Virus record (IMG/VR): IMGVR_UViG_3300000116_000024
Coordinates: 1-55,525 of that record
DNA from: a virus
Taxonomy: Duplodnaviria; Caudoviricetes
Reading direction: 5' to 3' (one strand)
Length of the DNA stretch: 55,525 nucleotides
Shown: piece by piece, positions 37,833 through 45,081 of the stretch
Layout of the letters: every line of letters begins with the position of its first letter
Numbering within the stretch: position 1 is the first letter of the stretch
Program-made: the position numbers and the translations under genes
Notes under the pieces: generated by a model
Database searches by the model: none
What the model was told of the DNA's origin: nothing
The model's input: only the letters and a program-made list of their open reading frames with translations

Positions 37833-38909
37833 CTATAAAGTGTTACATGTAGTGTTTGGGTTACAATCACTTATTGCTTGAACTTGATTAGTTACACCAT
37901 CAAGTTGGAATACTCTAAATGAAGCTTCTGATTGAGTAGTTGTACTAGTGTTTGCATAAGCATACCATCCTGCAACATTAATAGCTCCACTTATTACATC
38001 TCCCACTGCTAAGTTAATAAATGTATTACCACTAAGTGTAGATATTGCTTTACCTATAGTAAAATTATTTTGACAGAAGTTTGAACAACTTGCTTGAACA
38101 GCTGTAGCTGAAAAGAATAGTCCAGCAGTAACAGCTGTTGATACAGAGTTACTAAAATAAAACTCTTGTGTACCACCTTCCATAGTGTAAGGTGTAGTCA
38201 TTGGAGTTATTAATTGATCTGTACAACTTGGACAAATATCATTTGGTTGATACCATAGACCATTTAATCCCATCTTGTTTGAAAGTTCCCAAATTCCTGT
38301 TTTATCAGTTCTCAATGTTGCATTTACAATTGAGCCAACACTTACAATTATTTGACCACTATTAAAGAGATCTAATTGACTTATTGTACTACTTACAGTT
38401 GGAACACCATCAACAGTTATTGTAAGATCAAGTGTATCAAGTTCTGCAGGAGTGTTAGTTTGAAGTGTCCAATTAAGTATTCCTAATGGATTTGTAGTTG
38501 TGGTTGTAGTTGTTGGTGGTATTGTGGTTGTTGTTGTGGTTGTACTACTGCTACTAGTTGTAGTTGTTGTAGTTGGTGGAACTGTAGTTGTAGTGGTAGT
38601 TGTAGGGGGTATAGTAGTAGTACTTGTTGTTGTACTTGTACTTGTACTAGAACTAGTTGTTGTAGTGGTTGTTGGTTGACATATGTTTTTTAATTCTATA
38701 AATGTCTTACATGTTACTCCATTAGACTGAACTCTTACATAATCTGTTCCAACAGGAGGTGTAGTTATGTATCCAGGTGCTACAAATTCAGAAGCAAGGA
38801 TTCCTGTTTCAAAAGGTACTGCATATCCATCTACATCTGAATATAAATCAAATGGTCCCACTGAAGAACCTGCTGGTATGACTAATGATATCTGTATTTC
38901 TGGTTGCAT
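37833..38909 (-). CDS. Appendage/adhesin-like protein: ~70-aa module, long Thr/Ser/Pro stalk, beta-rich domain, GWY domain
   Basis: 358 aa with an approximately 60-residue T/S/P tract. Confidence 0.7.
   Translation of the reverse strand: MQPEIQISLVIPAGSSVGPFDLYSDVDGYAVPFETGILASEFVAPGYITTPPVGTDYVRVQSNGVTCKTFIELKNICQPTTTTTTSSSTSTSTTTSTTTIPPTTTTTTTVPPTTTTTTSSSSTTTTTTTIPPTTTTTTTNPLGILNWTLQTNTPAELDTLDLTITVDGVPTVSSTISQLDLFNSGQIIVSVGSIVNATLRTDKTGIWELSNKMGLNGLWYQPNDICPSCTDQLITPMTTPYTMEGGTQEFYFSNSVSTAVTAGLFFSATAVQASCSNFCQNNFTIGKAISTLSGNTFINLAVGDVISGAINVAGWYAYANTSTTTQSEASFRVFQLDGVTNQVQAISDCNPNTTCNTL
38495..38675 (-). repeat. Low-complexity ACN-codon repeat encoding PTTTTTT-type units
   Basis: Plus strand shows gttgtagtt/gtggttgta repeats. 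Confidence 0.9.
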
Positions 38910-38920
38910 ATGTTTTTGTT

Positions 38921-39136
38921 TTATGCTAGTTGTATATCTATATAATTAACGCAATCTCCAAGAGCTTGAACTCTCACCTCTGTAGCATTATCAGGAACTG
39001 TAATTTCAGTTCCTTGTAACAAAAAAGCTACAGGTATATTTGAACTTATAGGAGTTAGAAAACTATCACTATCTGAATAAATATCAAATAAAGAAGTATC
39101 TGTCCCTGCTGTTGTTAATGTTATTTCTACTGTCAT
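38921..39136 (-). CDS. Stand-alone ~70-aa beta-rich module protein
   Basis: 71 aa, MTVEITLTTAGTDTSLFDIYSD...VRVQALGDCVNYIDI. Paralogous to the neighbouring N-termini. Confidence 0.75.
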   Translation of the reverse strand: MTVEITLTTAGTDTSLFDIYSDSDSFLTPISSNIPVAFLLQGTEITVPDNATEVRVQALGDCVNYIDIQLA

Positions 39137-39339
39137 TTTTTTAGATTCTTTGTCTTATACTTACAGAAAAAAGATTTAAAATATTTTATCCAGCTACCAT
39201 CATAAACTTTATTTACAACATTGACCTTCAACATTGATCCGTAGTATATAATTGTTATTAGGGCTACTACTGTAGCTAGTAATTCGTTTCCTGCCATTAT
39301 CATAAGTGAAATTAATGCTAGTTCTATTTTATAGTACAT
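39133..39339 (-). CDS. Small membrane protein (holin/antiholin candidate)
   Basis: 68 aa with a hydrophobic N-half and basic C-terminus. ATGA-coupled to the next gene. Confidence 0.55.
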   Translation of the reverse strand: MYYKIELALISLMIMAGNELLATVVALITIIYYGSMLKVNVVNKVYDGSWIKYFKSFFCKYKTKNLKK

Positions 39340-39344
39340 GGTTA

Positions 39345-39587
39345 TTATTTTTTTTTGTTACCTAGATTACCTAGTGTATTTTGAACAATTTTTGCAAATG
39401 CAATTATCTCACCCCATAAAAAAATAATTCCTAATCCAGTAAACACTGTATTGTTTAATCCCCAGTGCAAATTATCATCTGTTATTAATAACGCTGATAA
39501 CGCTGGAGCATATAAACCAATTAGTAAACAAATGTGGCCTAAAATTACAGCTAACCACTTTTTATATTTTTCTACGAATGATGACAT
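39345..39587 (-). CDS. Two-TM membrane protein (holin candidate)
   Basis: Start reassigned to the ATG at 39587 (MSSFVEKYKKWLAVILG...), giving 80 aa with two hydrophobic segments and a KKK tail. Confidence 0.6.
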   Translation of the reverse strand: MSSFVEKYKKWLAVILGHICLLIGLYAPALSALLITDDNLHWGLNNTVFTGLGIIFLWGEIIAFAKIVQNTLGNLGNKKK

Positions 39588-39594
39588 TTTATTA

Positions 39595-39732
39595 TTATTT
39601 TTTACATGAACAATTACTTGGTGGTGTTTCATCTTTAATATATATAGTTTGACACCCACAAGGCCAATTTAAAACAACTTCCTCGCATTTAGGATTTACA
39701 GGTAAAAACGCGTCCTTGTTACACCCTATCAT
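39595..39732 (-). CDS. 45-aa Cys-rich peptide
   Basis: Read manually: MIGCNKDAFLPVNPKCEEVVLNWPCGCQTIYIKDETPPSNCSCKK. ATGA overlap with the upstream stop; fills the intergenic gap almost exactly. Confidence 0.7.
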   Translation of the reverse strand: MIGCNKDAFLPVNPKCEEVVLNWPCGCQTIYIKDETPPSNCSCKK

Positions 39733-40841
39733 TGAACAATAGGTCTAGAACCACTATTTACTGGAATATGAATTATATAATAAACTCCTGTTCCTGGTTG
39801 ATAGTTAAGGTGTCCTTGATTTCCACCTGTTGAATTAATCTTAACTGAATGTGTATGTGATCCAGCAGGTTCAGTTTCTGTAATATCAACAGACTCAATA
39901 TCACTATTACTAGTAAATCTTTGGTTTCTTGCAGCAGAGGAAGTAACTACTGAAACAGGATTTGAAAATCCATGTACGTGATCAGGTGCTTGAGATACAT
40001 TTCCAACAGTGTGTGTATGAGATGGAAGTTCAGACTCATTTAAAATTACTTGATTCGATCCCTTAGATTCATTTAAATTATATCCTGGATTACCATTAAT
40101 TCCTGGCTTTACTGCATTGTTAAGTCCTGCTCCACCCATACCTGAAGTAGTACCTACTAATACTCTTCCTCTTAAATCAGGAGTGCCATTAAAACCGTTA
40201 CATAAAAATATTCTATCCCAGTCACCTATACCAGCTCCAGAAGCATCAAAGTTACTAAGTGGACCTGCATATCCAGTAATTGAATAAGGTGCCATAGAGT
40301 TACTTACTTTTTGTTGACCAGGTGTTGTTGCTAAATAATTTGCTATGTAAGTATTTACATCTGTTATTTTTACATATGTTGAATCTACTAAAGCTTCAAA
40401 AGTAGCTAAGCCTTCAGAAGTTACACATAATTTATCTATTACAAGCTGTAATACTTCATGTGTATCACTAAAGTTTTTAGTAGTAGAAAATAAACAATTT
40501 AATTCATAAGGTGTATTTGGATTTTGTGTTTCAAGAATTGTAATTCTAGAATCTAAGCTACATGCAACTTTAATTAATGTATTTAGATAATCATCTAAAT
40601 TATAAGGACCTACTGCTGGTAAGTTATCTTGTATTAGATTACAAACGTTCTCTTGTGAAATTACAGGAAAAATAGTTCCACCAGTAGATATAGAGAGTAA
40701 GAAGTTAAGTATCTTCTCCTCAACACTAAGTAATGTATCTCCAGTACTTATTCCTAATATAGGAAAGTCTTCACCTGTGTATCTAACACATTTATCTGAT
40801 GTAATCTCTACACATCCATTAAAACAATTTTGACAAGACAT
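39729..40841 (-). CDS. Tail fibre protein with tail-collar domain
   Basis: 370 aa. FLCNGFNGTPDLRGRVLVG, L...ELPSHTH, GSHTH, TGGNQGHLNYQP...YII are classic collar/short-fibre motifs. Confidence 0.85.
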   Translation of the reverse strand: MSCQNCFNGCVEITSDKCVRYTGEDFPILGISTGDTLLSVEEKILNFLLSISTGGTIFPVISQENVCNLIQDNLPAVGPYNLDDYLNTLIKVACSLDSRITILETQNPNTPYELNCLFSTTKNFSDTHEVLQLVIDKLCVTSEGLATFEALVDSTYVKITDVNTYIANYLATTPGQQKVSNSMAPYSITGYAGPLSNFDASGAGIGDWDRIFLCNGFNGTPDLRGRVLVGTTSGMGGAGLNNAVKPGINGNPGYNLNESKGSNQVILNESELPSHTHTVGNVSQAPDHVHGFSNPVSVVTSSAARNQRFTSNSDIESVDITETEPAGSHTHSVKINSTGGNQGHLNYQPGTGVYYIIHIPVNSGSRPIVQ

Positions 40842-40868
40842 ATTTTTTAATTTTATTATTAATTATTG

Positions 40869-41246
40869 TTAAGTAGGAATAACACATGTTATTTCCCCAC
40901 TTGTAATTGCACAACTTATTGTTGTTGTACTGGTAGTAGTTGGTATACATACTTGATTTACTTTAGGACATCTTAATTTACATCCTGCAGTTAATCTAAT
41001 AACTTTACCAGCAATATCTTCTACAGAAAAATGTTCTGCGTAATCTGGATTATTCTGTTTGTTTATGAGAATATCTCTGTATGCTAATAATTGAGTAAGT
41101 TCATAACTAGGTACACATGCGTTTAACATGAATACAACATTGTTGTACATATTATAACTCAACTCTGCAAGTTTGCAATCTATCCTTTTAAGTAGATCTG
41201 CTATGTCGCCACAATTCTCACAATTTGTAAACTTACTTTCTAACAT
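40869..41246 (-). CDS. Cys-rich virion protein with poly-Thr tail
   Basis: 125 aa with CENC and CIPTTTSTTTISC. Confidence 0.7.
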   Translation of the reverse strand: MLESKFTNCENCGDIADLLKRIDCKLAELSYNMYNNVVFMLNACVPSYELTQLLAYRDILINKQNNPDYAEHFSVEDIAGKVIRLTAGCKLRCPKVNQVCIPTTTSTTTISCAITSGEITCVIPT

Positions 41247-41254
41247 ACTATTTT

Positions 41255-41347
41255 TTATTTTTTGGAACCGTTACAGTAAGTGCATAAGCCATTTGTTAAT
41301 TGGCACCCACACCCTACTTTTGCCCCACAATTTGCACACTGAGCCAT
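41255..41347 (-). CDS. 30-aa Cys-rich peptide (metallothionein/zinc-finger-like)
   Basis: Read manually: MAQCANCGAKVGCGCQLTNGLCTYCNGSKK. Starts 1 nt after the upstream stop and ends 8 nt before the next ATG. Confidence 0.75.
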   Translation of the reverse strand: MAQCANCGAKVGCGCQLTNGLCTYCNGSKK

Positions 41348-41348
41348 A

Positions 41349-41927
41349 TTATCTAAAGTTTACTAAATAGTTAGTCCCTTGACATCCACATCCACACTTG
41401 TTAAGGTGATGTAACATCTTATTTGCTTGATCGTATAAACGCATAGCTTCTTTGTCTGCACAGTTGTTAGCAGCAGCTATAGCACCTTGAATAAAGAAAT
41501 TAATCGTATTAAGGTTTACACTTGTTTGTTTTGCTAGTTCGCCATCACATTGCATAAGATCTAACTTTAAAAAAGCTTCATTAAACTTTTCCTGTAAGTT
41601 AGCAGTACGTAATATTGTTTTCTTTACTGATATGGTAGCTGGTGGAATTAACTCATTTATCTCTATAGTATATTCTAGGCAATATATGCCATCAGGAATA
41701 TTTTGTTTACACCCTGCTTCAGTTATTCCTAAATCATCAGAACCATAAACATTTGTTCCATTTACTACAAAAGGTAAAACCACCTCATCAAAGCCTGGTG
41801 GTGTAATTGTAATAGTTGGATTAAATGCTACTGGGGGATCTGTAGGATAATATGAAGCATCCGTAATAATAAGGTATAGAGGGTTGTTATTACACCCAGT
41901 TACTAAATCTAAATTATACTCTGTCAT
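41349..41927 (-). CDS. Virion structural protein (possible tail hub/fibre adaptor)
   Basis: 192 aa. ITDASYY, IPDGIYCLEYTI, GAIAAANNC...A..LY..A pattern; position in the structural operon. Confidence 0.6.
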   Translation of the reverse strand: MTEYNLDLVTGCNNNPLYLIITDASYYPTDPPVAFNPTITITPPGFDEVVLPFVVNGTNVYGSDDLGITEAGCKQNIPDGIYCLEYTIEINELIPPATISVKKTILRTANLQEKFNEAFLKLDLMQCDGELAKQTSVNLNTINFFIQGAIAAANNCADKEAMRLYDQANKMLHHLNKCGCGCQGTNYLVNFR

Positions 41928-41947
41928 GTGCTTAATTTTTTATTTTA

Positions 41948-41993
41948 AATAAAATGCCAGAAAATGAGAATCCATCTCACCCTCTGGCATTTA
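41948..41993 (-). terminator. Intrinsic terminator-like hairpin
   Basis: Minus strand AATGCCAGAGGGTGAGA-TGGAT-TCTCATTTTCTGGCATT followed by TTATTT. Confidence 0.7.
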
Positions 41994-42017
41994 TTATATA
42001 TCTACTTATATATCTAC

Positions 42018-43163
42018 TTAAGAAGTAGTTGTAGTTGTAGTTGTTGGAGGTGTTGGACAAATTGCACCAAACTCCTGACCATTATTAAATTCAACAATCT
42101 CTTCAATCAAAGTATCAGCTAATGCTCCTTGAGGAATCGCAATAATCACTGTTGAATCTTGCATGATATAGTCTCCCCACTGATAAGCTGACTTATCAAA
42201 TTCATTAAATCTAATAGTAATTGTATCATAAATAACACCAGGTGTTACATGAGATTCAAAGTTTTGATTAAATCCATTCATTCTTAGTAAAGACTTTAAG
42301 TAACCAGCTTGGTAACTGTAAAAGTTCTTTTCTAATTGAGCGATTTCATCAGAAGTACCTCTTGGAAAAGAAGACTCTTGAACTTTTGCAGCAACTGCTA
42401 CAATATCACAATTGTCTGCTACTATGAAATCTGCAGTTGTTGCAGGTCCAGCATAAACAAATGTCTCAAAACGCATTTTATCAAACTCAAAAGGATCAGC
42501 TGCTACATCACATGGTTGACCATATTTAGTTACTGGCTTACCTGTAATTACTAATTTTGCAGTTGCATCAACACCTACTCTTTCAAATGTATAGAAAGTA
42601 TTAAAGCTAATGTTGTCTGGGTTGTTACCTGGAGCTTGTTGCTCTAGTTTTGCAATAAATTGATCAATTAATGCTGGTACATCAACGTCTGTACATGGAT
42701 CACCTCCACATTCGCAACATGGTGCATTTACAGTTACTGAACGTGTGAATCCGTTAAAGTAAAGAGTATCGATGTAAGATGAGTGAGCACGTAACGTTAA
42801 AGTTACTACTTCACCACATTGTACATTCCATCCGTCTACTTCAGTAATTTGGTTAAGTGCTGTTGCACAACCTTTTACAGAATAAAGTTCTGATACGTTG
42901 TTAACATTTCTGTTACGAGCATCACTTGCATCAAGAGAAATCTTATCAGATCTTTTAGATCCTTGAAGATAAGTGTTTGATCTACCTTGTGCAACGTAAA
43001 AGTATTTCGTACTAGTTACATCTTCTGCAGCAGGTATTGCTGCATAATTTTCGTCAAAAAATCCTACTTGACCAGCTGTCAAGTCTTGTGTTGATCCAGA
43101 GCTAGGGAGAGTTGTCTGCCCTACTGGGACTACAAATAATGTAGTCAATGAAAAATCCGCCAT
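42018..43163 (-). CDS. Auxiliary capsid / major structural protein
   Basis: 381 aa; third gene after the MCP as in crAss-like phages; followed by a terminator; ends CPTPPTTTTTTTS. Confidence 0.6.
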   Translation of the reverse strand: MADFSLTTLFVVPVGQTTLPSSGSTQDLTAGQVGFFDENYAAIPAAEDVTSTKYFYVAQGRSNTYLQGSKRSDKISLDASDARNRNVNNVSELYSVKGCATALNQITEVDGWNVQCGEVVTLTLRAHSSYIDTLYFNGFTRSVTVNAPCCECGGDPCTDVDVPALIDQFIAKLEQQAPGNNPDNISFNTFYTFERVGVDATAKLVITGKPVTKYGQPCDVAADPFEFDKMRFETFVYAGPATTADFIVADNCDIVAVAAKVQESSFPRGTSDEIAQLEKNFYSYQAGYLKSLLRMNGFNQNFESHVTPGVIYDTITIRFNEFDKSAYQWGDYIMQDSTVIIAIPQGALADTLIEEIVEFNNGQEFGAICPTPPTTTTTTTS

Positions 43164-43190
43164 TTTATTATATATTTAAGGGGTTATTAA

Positions 43191-43922
43191 TTATTCGTTT
43201 GTTTGTATCCTGAACTGTGCACTTTGTACAGCAGCACTATTTTCAGTATACATTGCTAGGTTCTGAACTGTTAAATCTAAAAGTTCATCCTCTAAGTAAT
43301 CATTTAGTTCAGAATCTGCATTTACTGAAGGGGTACCATCAAATTGAATGTAACCCTCTTTGTTAATGTATACAGGATATCTGAGATACATTATATTAAC
43401 AGTTGTAGGTGTAAATGTACCATCTGTATAAACACTCATTACGTCCGAGCTAACAGCATTTAGAGTTTCTTGATACTCAAAGCTTGGCTTATAATGATCA
43501 TTATTTAATAATATTGATAGATCTCCGTGCTTACTAAGATCTTCGTTAATCCAAAGGATTCTATCTTTACACTTACCTTTGTTTGCTAAAACATAACTAT
43601 CTACATAAAATAGATACTTAGGTTCTAACACTGTTATATCAGCATCCCATTGATTTATTGCTGGGTTAGATTCAGTAAGAGGTAATGGTTGATTAGTATA
43701 ATCTATAATTAGATTTTGTAAATCTTCATACCTCTTCTTAAAAGAATCCATCCCCAATCTACTTGGGACTGAAAAGCCATCAACTTTTTGTTTTATCAAC
43801 TTAATCTGAGCTTCATTCAAAGCTAAGATTTTATCTTCTAGTTGAATTTGCTGATGCTCGTTAGTCGATAGTTTATTTAGTCTTTGATCTATTTTATATA
43901 ATAAACTATCTACAGATATCAT
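43191..43922 (-). CDS. Conserved head-tail ring/adaptor protein
   Basis: 243 aa. LNEAQIKLIK...KRYEDLQNL...MYLRYP...SELNDYLEDELLDL. Second gene after the MCP. Confidence 0.7.
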   Translation of the reverse strand: MISVDSLLYKIDQRLNKLSTNEHQQIQLEDKILALNEAQIKLIKQKVDGFSVPSRLGMDSFKKRYEDLQNLIIDYTNQPLPLTESNPAINQWDADITVLEPKYLFYVDSYVLANKGKCKDRILWINEDLSKHGDLSILLNNDHYKPSFEYQETLNAVSSDVMSVYTDGTFTPTTVNIMYLRYPVYINKEGYIQFDGTPSVNADSELNDYLEDELLDLTVQNLAMYTENSAAVQSAQFRIQTNE

Positions 43923-43950
43923 ACCTAACTTTTTTTAGTAAAACTAGATA

Positions 43951-44919
43951 CTATACAGCGGCTAGTTTTTTAGATTTAAGTTTTCCTTCTAACACTAATA
44001 ACTCATCTTGGTTATCTTCGTTAATTAAAAACTTTACTAATTCTTCTTCATCTTTTGCTATCTCATATTCTCCTTCATAAACTACACCACTTGGCTTAAT
44101 TCTATAAATTGAATGTTGGATAGCTTGTTTAACTAAATCCTTAATATGGAGTAAATCATCTTTCATGTTAGAAAATCTGTTAAACACCTCTACAGGATTT
44201 AATCCTCTAAAGTTACCAGTTTTAACCTCTGCTTGTTTTAGCAAGGTATCTACTTGATTATAAACAGTTTCCTCTTTCGTGTCACTGCTAATAGGAAGTC
44301 CTAAAAGTCTTGCAACTTTTCTTTTCTTCTCAATGCTCATAGTATCAAAGCTAATAATAGCTCTGTTGATAAGCTGCTTCTTCTTGTAAACAAGTGCAGT
44401 TTCAATCTCATCATCTACTATGTAATACTGTGTATCTGCTGGAAACTCTCCTCGTTCCCAAGCTTGATAACTAGATGCAATAGTTGGATGCACTCTTAAC
44501 CATGCAAACGCTAGTTCTTGAAAAGTTTGACTTAAGTCGAACAAGTTATCACCGTCTAACAGTTTAACAGGTTTAACATGCAAGTCATCATTTGTACCAG
44601 TTGATTTCCCATAGTTCCAAAATTGTGCTCTTGGTCCTAAATCAATATCTCCAATTTCATTTTGAAGTCTATCTCTAAGTTCCGTAACTCTTTCCACTTC
44701 AAGTTCTCTTTCTGTTGGATCCTGAATACGTTTAATGTAAGAAGCTGTAGGATCTAATCCTGTTCTATACTTACCGTCTAATTCTTTATAAGGATACTTA
44801 AAAACTCCTGTTCCAGGGATTCTACTTAATCCTTGGTTAGCAAGTCCGCTATCCATAGTTTGCAACTGAGAACTATTGTACTCTCTCTTGATTGTAGAGA
44901 CTTTTCCTATTTTACCCAT
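43951..44919 (-). CDS. Conserved virion protein downstream of MCP
   Basis: 322 aa; position and helical C-terminus fit the crAss-like post-MCP gene. Confidence 0.65.
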   Translation of the reverse strand: MGKIGKVSTIKREYNSSQLQTMDSGLANQGLSRIPGTGVFKYPYKELDGKYRTGLDPTASYIKRIQDPTERELEVERVTELRDRLQNEIGDIDLGPRAQFWNYGKSTGTNDDLHVKPVKLLDGDNLFDLSQTFQELAFAWLRVHPTIASSYQAWERGEFPADTQYYIVDDEIETALVYKKKQLINRAIISFDTMSIEKKRKVARLLGLPISSDTKEETVYNQVDTLLKQAEVKTGNFRGLNPVEVFNRFSNMKDDLLHIKDLVKQAIQHSIYRIKPSGVVYEGEYEIAKDEEELVKFLINEDNQDELLVLEGKLKSKKLAAV

Positions 44920-44953
44920 AATGTAGTTTAATTAATTTTTGGTTTATTCTTGT

Positions 44954-45058
44954 AGAGTGTCCTGATCAAACAGATAGGATCTAGTCCGACACTCTGGTAT
45001 TTATGAGAAAGCAACCTCCCTCTAAGGAGGGACAGGGTGTGTGAGGGAGGAGCTTCTC
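44954..45058 (-). other. Two GC-rich stem-loops in the MCP 3' intergenic region
   Basis: GAGAAGCTCCTCCCTC...GAGGGAGGTTGCTTTCTC (45005-45058) and AGAGTGTC...GACACTCT (44954-44995). Confidence 0.75.
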
Positions 45059-45081
45059 TGTAATATTTACTATTACGTTTA

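Noticed and set aside
37496-37870. 124-aa version of the small module protein
   Set aside because: It overlaps the upstream gene; the ATG at 37831 aligns with the paralogous N-termini.
39345-39659. 104-aa version of the membrane protein from the ORF track
   Set aside because: The upstream start overlaps the better-supported 45-aa ORF; the ATG at 39587 has a typical A-rich leader.
44920-45081. tRNA in the structured intergenic region
   Set aside because: No cloverleaf or T-loop (GTTCRA) consensus is visible on either strand.
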